Of a DNA stretch of 64,000 bases, positions 36,822 through 45,723 are shown piece after piece; the stretch's first letter is position 1; each line of letters starts with the position of its first letter. Below the pieces are notes generated by a model. That model worked only from the letters and a program-made list of their open reading frames with translations, was not told where the DNA came from and did not search any database. Made by a program: the position numbers and the translations under genes. The stretch is from NCBI GenBank assembly GCA_021776925.1, contig JAJFFB010000042.1, positions 1,961 to 65,960 on the forward strand, given 5' to 3'. The DNA is from Planctomycetota bacterium. Its GTDB lineage: Bacteria; Planctomycetota; UBA1135.

Positions 36822-38552
36822 GTGACTGCCTTGTCGATGAAACCAAGGGGGGGGCTCGGCCTCTGTGCATTCCTATTGCTGACCGCCTGCGGACCGGATC
36901 CGGCGCGACCGGACGGGCTGACCTTGCCGCCGGACTCGGATACGACTTTCCGCCGCGACACCGGCGGGCCGCTGCGACCCGATCAGGCCGCCTTCGACGT
37001 GCAGCATTACGATCTGGCCCTGCAGGTATTGCCGGAGGAACGCGAGATCCATGGGCAGCTGAGCGCGCGCTTCAAGGCTGTGGAGGAACTCGAGCAGGTT
37101 GTCCTCGACCTGGATCCGGCGCTGCGGGTTGCCGCCGTGGTCGCTGCCGACGGAGTTGAGCTGGCCTTCCGTCATCAGCAGGGCCTGTTGTTCATCGAAC
37201 TGCCGGCGGCGGTGGCCGCCGGCGCGGTTTTCGAGCTGACCATCGATTACGGCGGTGTGCCGCGCAGCGCTCCGCGACCGCCCTGGGAGGGCGGCTTCCA
37301 ATGGGAGCGCACGCCCTCAGGTGAACACTGGATTGCGACCTCGTGTCAGATGGAGGGCGCCGACCTGTGGTGGCCGTGCAAGGATCATCCTTCGGACAAG
37401 GCCGAGTCCATGGACTTGCACATCCGCGTACCCGCGCCCTTGGTGGTGGCAAGCAACGGCCGTGCTGCCGGCGTCGATGAGCACGACGATGGCACCCGCA
37501 CCTTCCACTGGCAGGTGACCACTCCGATCGCCAACTACTGCGTGGCGCTCAACATCGCGCCCTACGTCGAGGTCAGCGCCCCGTTCACAAGCATCGGCGG
37601 AGAAGCGATGAAGGTGACCTTTTGGGCGCTGCCCCAGCACCGCGAACAGGCCGCCGGAATCCTGCCGCAATTCCTCGACCACCTGGCCTGGTTCGAACAG
37701 CGCCTCGGGCCCTATCCCTTCCGCGCCGACAAATACGGCATCGCCGAAACGCCCCATCTCGGCATGGAGCACCAGAGCATCATTGCTTATGGCAATCGTT
37801 TTCAGCCGCACAAGTTCGAGTACGACTGGCTGCACCATCACGAGCTTTCGCACGAGTGGTTCGCCAATCTGGTGACCGCGCCGGACTGGAACGATTTCTG
37901 GATTCACGAGGGCTTTGGCTCCTATATGCAGAAGCTCTACATCGAGGAACTGCGCGGCCGTGACGCCTACCGGGAATACCTCGGTGACGTGCGCGGCCAG
38001 ATCCTCAATGCCAAGGCGGTGGCGCCGCGCGAACCGCGCAGTTCCGGCCAGATGTACTTCGTTTCCCTGGATGCGCCGGTGGGTCAGCGGGTGTCCGACA
38101 ACGACATCTACTACAAGGGCGAGTGGGTCTTGCACACTCTGCGCTGGCTGATCGGGGACCAAGCCATGTTCCGCGCCCTGCGCCTGATGTGCTACCCGAC
38201 GGTCGAGTCCGAGTGGGCCACCGACGGCAGCGCCAGCCATTTCATGACCACCGACGATGTGCAGGCGCTATTTGAGCGTGAAAGCGGCATGGACCTGGGC
38301 TGGTTCTTCGAGCTCTATCTGCGTCAGCCGCAGCTGCCCGAACTGAAAATCGTGCGCGAGAGCGGACGGCTGCTGGTCGAGTGGCTGGTGCCGGATGGCC
38401 AGGTCTGTCTGCTTCCGGTCGAGGTCTTCATCTCCGGTTCGCCCTACCGCTTAGAACTGCCCGGAGGCCGCGGCGAGCTGCAATTGCCGGCCTCTGCCAG
38501 TTTCGTTGTTGACCCCTTCGACCGCGTTCTTCGTGTTGGGAACTTGAAATGA
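36822..38552 (+). CDS. M1-family zinc aminopeptidase lipoprotein
   Basis: Lipobox LLTAC, GMEH, HELSHEW...WIHEG, YYKG. Confidence 0.92.
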   Translation: MTALSMKPRGGLGLCAFLLLTACGPDPARPDGLTLPPDSDTTFRRDTGGPLRPDQAAFDVQHYDLALQVLPEEREIHGQLSARFKAVEELEQVVLDLDPALRVAAVVAADGVELAFRHQQGLLFIELPAAVAAGAVFELTIDYGGVPRSAPRPPWEGGFQWERTPSGEHWIATSCQMEGADLWWPCKDHPSDKAESMDLHIRVPAPLVVASNGRAAGVDEHDDGTRTFHWQVTTPIANYCVALNIAPYVEVSAPFTSIGGEAMKVTFWALPQHREQAAGILPQFLDHLAWFEQRLGPYPFRADKYGIAETPHLGMEHQSIIAYGNRFQPHKFEYDWLHHHELSHEWFANLVTAPDWNDFWIHEGFGSYMQKLYIEELRGRDAYREYLGDVRGQILNAKAVAPREPRSSGQMYFVSLDAPVGQRVSDNDIYYKGEWVLHTLRWLIGDQAMFRALRLMCYPTVESEWATDGSASHFMTTDDVQALFERESGMDLGWFFELYLRQPQLPELKIVRESGRLLVEWLVPDGQVCLLPVEVFISGSPYRLELPGGRGELQLPASASFVVDPFDRVLRVGNLK

Positions 38553-38965
38553 CCAGGACTCTTTCCTTCCTCGTACTGTTCTGCTTGCTGAGCCTTGGTA
38601 CCCACGCCTGCGGCGATGCCGAGTCCAGCCCTGAAATCACCCCTGAAGCCGCAGCGACCGCGGTGGTCGAGGCCTGGTTCGCCGCGGTCGCCGCCGGCGA
38701 CGCCGAGGCCTCCTACGCCCTGGGCAACGCCGCCTTCGCCGAGCGCGAGCGTGAGTGGGGGCCGTCCTTCAGCCATTCCTTCTTCGGCGGCGGCACCAGG
38801 GTGGCGGCTTACGAGGTGCAGTCTGCGCAAGCCGGTGACGACGGCTCCATGGAGGTCAGGGTGCGCGCCACCCTCGCTCGCGAAAATGGATCCGAGGACG
38901 GCGAGGGCATGACCTTCACCCTCGCCGCTCAAGGTGATGGCTGGCAGATCACCGCCTTGAACTGA
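38549..38965 (+). CDS. Small NTF2-like lipoprotein
   Basis: Lipobox THAC, AVVEAWFAAVAAGD...GWQI; ATGA overlap. Confidence 0.6.
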   Translation: MTRTLSFLVLFCLLSLGTHACGDAESSPEITPEAAATAVVEAWFAAVAAGDAEASYALGNAAFAEREREWGPSFSHSFFGGGTRVAAYEVQSAQAGDDGSMEVRVRATLARENGSEDGEGMTFTLAAQGDGWQITALN

Positions 38966-39027
38966 CCGCGCAAACGCGTTTGAGCTTGACCACGGCGATG
39001 GGCTTGAGCTTGACCGCGCCGATGCGG
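38957..39027. repeat. Three imperfect ~24-nt direct repeats between convergent genes
   Basis: TTGAACTGACCGCG.. (38957), TTGAGCTTGACCACGG.. (38980), TTGAGCTTGACCGCGC.. (39004). Confidence 0.7.
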
Positions 39028-39028
39028 T

Positions 39029-42000
39029 TCACTGCCGCGGCCGCAGGGCCATCGAGGTCTGCACCGGATAGGCGCAGACGCAGCCCGAACTGGCTTCCGG
39101 CAGCAGCACCAGACCGCCGACCGGCAGAATGCTGATCCAGCAGCCGGGGCGCGTGCTTTCGGTCAGTTTGCGCGCGCTGCCGCGCGGGCCGTCGACCAGG
39201 CGCACGGTCGGGCAGCTGTTGCGGAAATAGACGCTGCCCGCCGAGGCCGACAAGGTGCCGCAGCCGCCGCGGCGCGGCACGACGAAATCGCCCTGGTCGG
39301 CGTGATCCAGGCGCTCGCCGTCGGCCAGCCGATAGACCGCGGGTTCGGCGATAACGCGATCGCCCTGGATGACCGGGTGATGCACCTGCTCGCCGTGATC
39401 GCCACCGACACCGGGCCGGTTATTGCCGTGCTCCCTCTGCCACAGCAGGGTGCCGCTGTCGGCACTCCAGCAGCGCACCACGTACCACACCCGGTCCTCG
39501 CGGTTGAAGGAACCGACGCTGACCAGCACCCCGTTGGCGGCACAGAGATAGACGATGTGGCGCTCGCCCGCGTCGGGCCACGGCACCCGCCACAACTCGG
39601 CTCCGGTGTTGCCGTCGAGCGCGACCATTTCCATGCCTGCCCCGGCGCTCAGCTGCGCCAGGGTGGCGCGGCCACTGGCATGCCTCGCCGTGGTGGTACC
39701 CGCTTCGAGAAAGAAGACCCGCCCCTGGTCCGCCGCCAGGCTGGTGTTGAGGATCACGCCGGGACTCTCGTACCACCAGTCGGCCTGGTTGGAGTCCTCC
39801 TGGCAGCGCGCCAGGGCGAAACCCTGCAGCACCAGGCTGCACACCAGCGGGCGCGCCTCACCGTACTGCTCGACCACGGCATCCAGGCTCTGCTGGCGGC
39901 GGGCCGCGCCGACCGCGGTGCCGCTGCCGTACAGCATGCCGCCTTGTTGCGCCAGCCAACCCCATTCCATGGGTTGCGGGTGGTCGAGCCAGTCGGCCGG
40001 CGGCAATTCGAAACGCCGCGTGGGTGCCCCGCTGGCCGCGTCGAAGGCCACCGCCGCGCCGGGCAGTGCGGTCATGACCTCGTCGTCGCCGACCAGCAGA
40101 TAGCCGCCGTCGAAGGGCATGCCGGTGCGGCTCCAGCCGGGGAGCGAACGCCGCCACAGGGAGGTCCCGTTGTAGGCGTCGACGGCGATCAATTCGTCAT
40201 TGGCGGGCAGGAACAGACGCCCGGCGCGGCTCACCGGTGGCGCGGTGCGCAGGTGACGATCGACCATGGCCGCCGCGCCCGGACCTCCGAACCACTGTAG
40301 TTCGAGTTCTTCATCGACCAGGCGGTCCTCGCTGCAGGCGCTATTGCCGGCGCTGGCGTAGGCGTGCGACCACTGACCGGCGCCCTCTTGCGAAGGGCGC
40401 AGCCAGTGGCGATCGGCGACGCTTTCCCCGGAGGCCCCGGTCTCCAAGCGGCGCGATTGGGGGGGGGTGATTTCCCGCCACAGCAAGGCGCCGCGGCCAG
40501 GCTGCAGCAGCGGCCCGAAACGGCTGCGCAGCTCAACGGCCTGGGCCGGAGGGATCGGGGAGGTGGTGATCACCAGGTTGGCAAAATCCGGCACCAGGTC
40601 CGGGGTCAGATCCTCGGGTATCAACTGCACCTGGTAGCCGAGCGGCAGGAGTTGGCGTACCAGCCTGCGTAGGCCTGGTGCGGTTTCCGCAGAAGTCAGC
40701 ACCACCAGGCGCCGCCGGTCAGAGAGGAGTGGACCTCTTGCTCCCGAAGCCGGCTTCAGCCACGGCCACAGACCTTGGCCGTCGGCGCCCACTCCGCTCA
40801 GCACCACCATGCCGGCGGATTGGGCCAGCCATGCCGACCACTGCGGATGTTGTGACGCGGCGGTGGCCACCCTCTTCAGGATCACAGCGAGACCCGCAGC
40901 AGGGGCGTCCGCCCGCGACTCCACGGCGTGCGTATCGAAGGCATGGATGGCGCCTGATTCATCGGCCGCAAAGACCTTCGTTGGCGTGGCTGCCAGTTCG
41001 CGCACCCTTCCCGGGCACGGGGTGCTCCACAACAAGGCGCCGTCGGCCGGGTCATACGCCGCCAGCTCGCCACTGCCGGCGGCGTAGAGGCGCGTGCCGG
41101 CGAGGATCAGAGCGTCGGCGTGTCCGCAGGGCACCGACCAGAGAATGCACGCCTTGGCGGCGCGGGCGATCGCCGCCAACTCCTCGTCGTACTGGGCGCG
41201 TTCCTCATCGCTGGTGGCTGCCTGGCGACGTTTCTCGCACTCGATGCGCCCCTGCTGCAGCAGGGTGAACTTGTTGCGGTCCAGCGCCGACAGGCTGGTG
41301 GCGGTCTGCAGATAGGAAAGGAGCGGGCCGACCACCATGCGGCGGCCCTGGAAGGAGGCGATGCGGTCGCGGCTGTGTCCGCCGGCCAGGGCCAGTTCGC
41401 CTTGATTGCCGGGGCCGCTGACCAGGTCCTCGCCGGCGACCAGCGCGTAGCTGCCCCCCGGCCCACCGAACTGGCCGAGGAAACTGCCGTCGGCAAGATC
41501 GAGGGCGAAGGGGGTGGTGCGGCCGCTGGGAACGTAAAGGCGGTCGCGGCCGAGGAGCAGATAGCCCTGCGGCGACACCGCTTGTTCCAACTTCACGCGC
41601 CACACCACCTCGCCGTGCTCAAGGTCGAGCGCGGTGGCCCAACAGCCGTAGGTCGGAAACAGACCGCAGGTGGCGTAGACCTGGCGGCCGTCACTGACCA
41701 CGCCGGTACGCACCGGCCACGCCGAAATAAGTTGGCCGTTGCTGGGGATGCGCCGTTCGCGCGGGGCGATGCGCCGCCGCCACAACAACTCGCCGTCGCT
41801 CTGCTGCAGGCAGTAGACAAAGCCATCGTCGGCGCCAAAAACCAGACGCTCACCGACCAGCACCGGGGCCAGGCGCACCGGAGCCTCGGCGAAATAGCTC
41901 CATACTTCACTGCCGTCGGCGGCGTCGAGGCAGTGCACCTGGTTGTCGGCGGAGCTGGCGTAGAACAAGCGCTCGCCCGCCGCCACCACCGGGAAGGTGT

Positions 42001-42298
42001 GGTCGAAACTGACCCGCGCCTCGAGATGGTCGAGCTTCTGCCATAGGCTGCCCGAGGCCGGGGCGTCCCACGAGGGCCGCGGTGCGGCGGCGGGGTGATG
42101 GGTCCAGGCAAGGGTCAGAGGTCCCTGCGGACCATGGGTCACCGCCCCGCTACGCTGGGCATTACCCTGGTAGCTCGGCCAGGCAGGGGCATCCGCCTGG
42201 GGCCTGGAACTCGCCGGGACCACCGCCATTGGCCTGGAACTCGCCGGGACCACCGCCAGCAGGGCCAGCAATCCAGCTCGCAGCGGATAATGGGCCAT
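39029..42298 (-). CDS. Secreted PQQ-like/BamB-type beta-propeller repeat protein with Cys-rich C-terminus
   Basis: WPSYQGNAQRSG, repeated LDAxxGxxxW, C-terminal GGCG / RPGCW / SSGCVC. Confidence 0.82.
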   Translation of the reverse strand: MAHYPLRAGLLALLAVVPASSRPMAVVPASSRPQADAPAWPSYQGNAQRSGAVTHGPQGPLTLAWTHHPAAAPRPSWDAPASGSLWQKLDHLEARVSFDHTFPVVAAGERLFYASSADNQVHCLDAADGSEVWSYFAEAPVRLAPVLVGERLVFGADDGFVYCLQQSDGELLWRRRIAPRERRIPSNGQLISAWPVRTGVVSDGRQVYATCGLFPTYGCWATALDLEHGEVVWRVKLEQAVSPQGYLLLGRDRLYVPSGRTTPFALDLADGSFLGQFGGPGGSYALVAGEDLVSGPGNQGELALAGGHSRDRIASFQGRRMVVGPLLSYLQTATSLSALDRNKFTLLQQGRIECEKRRQAATSDEERAQYDEELAAIARAAKACILWSVPCGHADALILAGTRLYAAGSGELAAYDPADGALLWSTPCPGRVRELAATPTKVFAADESGAIHAFDTHAVESRADAPAAGLAVILKRVATAASQHPQWSAWLAQSAGMVVLSGVGADGQGLWPWLKPASGARGPLLSDRRRLVVLTSAETAPGLRRLVRQLLPLGYQVQLIPEDLTPDLVPDFANLVITTSPIPPAQAVELRSRFGPLLQPGRGALLWREITPPQSRRLETGASGESVADRHWLRPSQEGAGQWSHAYASAGNSACSEDRLVDEELELQWFGGPGAAAMVDRHLRTAPPVSRAGRLFLPANDELIAVDAYNGTSLWRRSLPGWSRTGMPFDGGYLLVGDDEVMTALPGAAVAFDAASGAPTRRFELPPADWLDHPQPMEWGWLAQQGGMLYGSGTAVGAARRQQSLDAVVEQYGEARPLVCSLVLQGFALARCQEDSNQADWWYESPGVILNTSLAADQGRVFFLEAGTTTARHASGRATLAQLSAGAGMEMVALDGNTGAELWRVPWPDAGERHIVYLCAANGVLVSVGSFNREDRVWYVVRCWSADSGTLLWQREHGNNRPGVGGDHGEQVHHPVIQGDRVIAEPAVYRLADGERLDHADQGDFVVPRRGGCGTLSASAGSVYFRNSCPTVRLVDGPRGSARKLTESTRPGCWISILPVGGLVLLPEASSGCVCAYPVQTSMALRPRQ
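42201..42258. repeat. 30-nt-period tandem duplication in the signal region (AVVPASSRP x2)
   Basis: GGCCTGGAACTCGCCGGGACCACCGCCA is identical at 42201-42228 and 42231-42258. Confidence 0.95.
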
Positions 42299-42348
42299 TG
42301 GTTCACGGCGGTCGCGGCGGTGTTGCCCCAGCATGATGTCATCCTAGA

Positions 42349-45300
42349 GTGAAGCTGCCGATGTTGCGCCCCGTGCTCCTCTCCTTCCTGTTCTGTGCCG
42401 TTGCGGCGATCACTTCCGCTGCCCTGCCGGCGCAGGAGCGCGCCACGCCGTCGAGCACCGGCGAGAAGCTCGCCCTCGAACAAGGCCGCGCGGCGCTGGC
42501 GGCGGGGCGGCACGCCGAGGCCGCCGGCCACTTTTTCTACGCCCTGACGCACAGTGAGGATCCGGCCACGGTGCTCGGCCTGCTGTTGGAAAACGCCCAC
42601 GGCGACGCCGACGCGGCGCTGTTATGGAGCATCGACCTTGCCGCCTGGCAGGTCGAAGCCAACGGACGCCTGAACCTGCCCGAGGCCTGGCGGGAGTTTT
42701 TCTCCACCGAAGAACTTCCCTTCGAGCTGGCCAAGGCGCGCGCGCTGGCGCTGCGCGAAGTGCAACAACGTCTGCGCAAATTGGCCAAGGGGCGCAAGGC
42801 TGGCAACCGCATCGAGGTCGAGTGGCTGGAAGATCTGGCGCGGGTGCTGGCCGAGCCTTCTCCGCGTCTGCAGGAAGCCACCGCCGACCTCGGCCCCGAA
42901 ATCCGCATCGAACCCGCCGATTGGGCGCGCAGCCTCGCCAACCTGAAACGGCTGGCGACTTCCCTGGTGAGTTCGGGCCAGTGGACCGAAGCGGTGCGCG
43001 CCGCGCGTGCGCTGCGCGGCCTGGCTACCCAGGCCGGCTTCGGCAAGGACCTGATGGGACCCAAGGCGCCCGATCTGAGCAGCGAGGGTTCCACCGCCAA
43101 CGACGTCCTGCGGCGCGCGCGCGCGGCCTTGCACGACAAGGAAGGAATGGCTCTGACTCTCGAAGAACTCGAGAGCATGAACCTCGAAGAGCAGCGCGAG
43201 CTGACCGTTGAGCGCGCGTCTTTCGGCAAGCCGGCGGTCACCCATTCGCCGCGCGGCTGGTACCGCGTCGAGACCAGTTGCGGCTGGGAAACTCTTTACG
43301 GCACCGCCACCACGGTCGAATTGCACCACCAGCGCCTGGTCGGCTGGTATGGGCGCGATCCCTTCGAGAACCGCCCGGGGCTGGTGCGCATCGTGCCCGA
43401 AGCGCACGGCCTCGAGGCCGAGGGCACTCCCTACTGGTGGGCGGGCGGTTTCCAGGGTGGCGACACCACCGTGCTGCAGTTCACCATGAGCACCATCCCC
43501 GGGCTGGGCCGCGGTCTGACCCACGAACTGACCCACCGCTTCGACGGCGGCATGTACGGCGGGCTGCCCGGATGGCTGAGCGAAGGCCGCGCCTCGTGGA
43601 CCGCCGGCGCCTACGGTTCGATGCACGACAAGGAGTTCGTCGCCAATCACTGCAGCTTCGGCACCATGGAATCCACCTGGCGCATGGGTTACGGCGGCGA
43701 GGCCAAGCTGCGCGAACTGGTCGACGGCAGCCTCGAGGAGTACCGCGACAACTACACAGCCGGCTACGCGCTGTTCATGTTCCTCAACACTTGGAGCGGC
43801 GAAGAAGAGGGCGGCGAACAGCTTTTCCACGACCGCCTGCAGAAGTTCATGCAGGAGAAGAAGCGCCTGCGTAACGACCCGATCGAGGTCTTCGAGTACT
43901 ATTTCGCCGACGGCGAAGACGGCCGTCCGGAAGGATTCGCCGCCTTTGCCGAAGCCTTTCAGGAATACCTCAAAGGCTTTTACTGGAAGGAGCCGGCGGA
44001 GTGGCGGGACCGGCGCTACACCCAGTCCACGCCGCCGGGTGATCCGGCGCCGCGCGTCTATGACGAGCCGACCTGGACCTGGTTGCGCTCCAAAGCAGAA
44101 CCTTTCTTCGGGCAGATCCACGTGCGCCAGGCGGCGCAACTCTTCGCCGAGCTGGGCAAGGCGCGCGAAGCCGTCGACGCCTTCCACTGGTGTCTGCAAG
44201 TTGACGAGCCGTCGTTGGACACCTTGTTGCAATTGGAACAGCAACTGCTCGCTGCCGGCAACCCGGACGCCGCCTGGATGGTGCGTCACTGGCCGCGTTT
44301 CCGCGCCGCCGCCGGGGTGCCGGTCGTGGCGCCCTTCGCCCGCGATCTCGACGACCTGCGCGCCTTGCTCGACATGCAGGAAGAGGCGGCGCGTGCGCTC
44401 GCGGCGAGTTCGCCGCTGAGCGCCGCCGCGCTGGCCGGCGACCGCGACCGCGTGGCCCAACGTCTCGGCTTGCCCGCACTTGAAGATCTGCCCGTGGAGC
44501 AACCCGCTGCGCCGCCACCCCTGCACCCTTTTGATGCTCCTACGCGGCTGCTTGGTGCCGCGGGGTGGTCCGAGGTCGGCATGACCGGTCTCGAAGACCG
44601 GCGGGTGGCCGGATTGTGGTACCAGGATCCCGGTCTCAGCATGCACGTCGGCCGGCGCGAGGCGCGCGGCGGCACCGGCAAGCTCGACCGCACCGCGCAC
44701 TGGCGCGATGCGGTGGTGCTGGCCGACCGGTGGTTGGAACCGGGCCGCTATCGCATCCGCTCCCGCGTCGAAGCGACCACCGCCTACATGAGCGGCGGCC
44801 TGGTCTTCGGCTGGACGCGCCGCGACCGCAACTTCCGCCTCGGCTTCAGCATGGGCGACTACAACTACGCCATCGGCAAGGAAGAGCATTTCGACGAGAT
44901 CGACGGCGTGCACTGGAGCCTGACCGGTCTCTATCCGCGCATCGGTTCGAAAAGCGGCACCCTGACCTTCGGCAGCGAACGCAACCATTTCGAGTTGGAG
45001 ATCCTGGTCGACGGGCCCACCGCCGAGATCTTCATGGATGGCAAGCCGGTGGCCCTGTTCTCGACCGTCGACGGCAGTTCGATCCAGGGACGCATCGGCT
45101 ACTACACCTCCAACGGCGCGCTCAAGGCCCAGGCCACCAAGGTCCAGCGCCTCGACCGCAGCGCCGCCGCACCCGGCGGCAGCGCCCTTGGGGGGGGGCT
45201 GAATCCGCGCCGCCGCGGCGCCGACCGCTGGCGCGACCTGATCGGCCGGCCGGTCACCGATCTGCCGCTGGCGCCCTCAGGCGAAGTGCTGCTGTGGTTC

Positions 45301-45723
45301 CCCGAGCAGAGCGAGACCAAGCTCGATGGCTTGCAGGACGGCGACTGGTACGAACGCGTGGCCGACGCGATGGACAGCATCCTCGACGTGCTCGACCCGG
45401 AACTGCCCTCGCAGGCGCTGTTGATCGTGGTGCCGCCGAGCTTTCCGCAAGCCGACGTGGACGCATTGCGCGAGGACTTCGGCGCCGCAGTCGCAGGCGG
45501 CCTTCATTTCGCCCGCCACTTCATGATCGGCCGCATCGAAGAGGACGGACGCACTCTGCGCGGCTGGACCTCGCCGGTCCTCGGATTCATCGATCCGGCA
45601 GGGTTTTTGCGCTACGCCCAGCGCCAGAGCCGTTTCAGCAACCGGCTCGACGAGAGCTTGCGCCACTTGATTCTGCAGCACCAGGACCACAGCCGCCCGG
45701 GCACCGCCGGTGCCGGCGATTAG
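42349..45723 (+). CDS. Large secreted protein with gluzincin-type HExxH peptidase domain, helical/TPR-like region and lectin-like beta domain
   Basis: Signal peptide (LPA|QE); THELTH...WLSEG; beta-rich segment with GRIGY. Confidence 0.6.
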   Translation: MKLPMLRPVLLSFLFCAVAAITSAALPAQERATPSSTGEKLALEQGRAALAAGRHAEAAGHFFYALTHSEDPATVLGLLLENAHGDADAALLWSIDLAAWQVEANGRLNLPEAWREFFSTEELPFELAKARALALREVQQRLRKLAKGRKAGNRIEVEWLEDLARVLAEPSPRLQEATADLGPEIRIEPADWARSLANLKRLATSLVSSGQWTEAVRAARALRGLATQAGFGKDLMGPKAPDLSSEGSTANDVLRRARAALHDKEGMALTLEELESMNLEEQRELTVERASFGKPAVTHSPRGWYRVETSCGWETLYGTATTVELHHQRLVGWYGRDPFENRPGLVRIVPEAHGLEAEGTPYWWAGGFQGGDTTVLQFTMSTIPGLGRGLTHELTHRFDGGMYGGLPGWLSEGRASWTAGAYGSMHDKEFVANHCSFGTMESTWRMGYGGEAKLRELVDGSLEEYRDNYTAGYALFMFLNTWSGEEEGGEQLFHDRLQKFMQEKKRLRNDPIEVFEYYFADGEDGRPEGFAAFAEAFQEYLKGFYWKEPAEWRDRRYTQSTPPGDPAPRVYDEPTWTWLRSKAEPFFGQIHVRQAAQLFAELGKAREAVDAFHWCLQVDEPSLDTLLQLEQQLLAAGNPDAAWMVRHWPRFRAAAGVPVVAPFARDLDDLRALLDMQEEAARALAASSPLSAAALAGDRDRVAQRLGLPALEDLPVEQPAAPPPLHPFDAPTRLLGAAGWSEVGMTGLEDRRVAGLWYQDPGLSMHVGRREARGGTGKLDRTAHWRDAVVLADRWLEPGRYRIRSRVEATTAYMSGGLVFGWTRRDRNFRLGFSMGDYNYAIGKEEHFDEIDGVHWSLTGLYPRIGSKSGTLTFGSERNHFELEILVDGPTAEIFMDGKPVALFSTVDGSSIQGRIGYYTSNGALKAQATKVQRLDRSAAAPGGSALGGGLNPRRRGADRWRDLIGRPVTDLPLAPSGEVLLWFPEQSETKLDGLQDGDWYERVADAMDSILDVLDPELPSQALLIVVPPSFPQADVDALREDFGAAVAGGLHFARHFMIGRIEEDGRTLRGWTSPVLGFIDPAGFLRYAQRQSRFSNRLDESLRHLILQHQDHSRPGTAGAGD

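Noticed and set aside
38957-39027. Possible mini-CRISPR array
   Set aside because: Repeats are degenerate, spacers are too short, there are only three units, and no cas genes are in the window.
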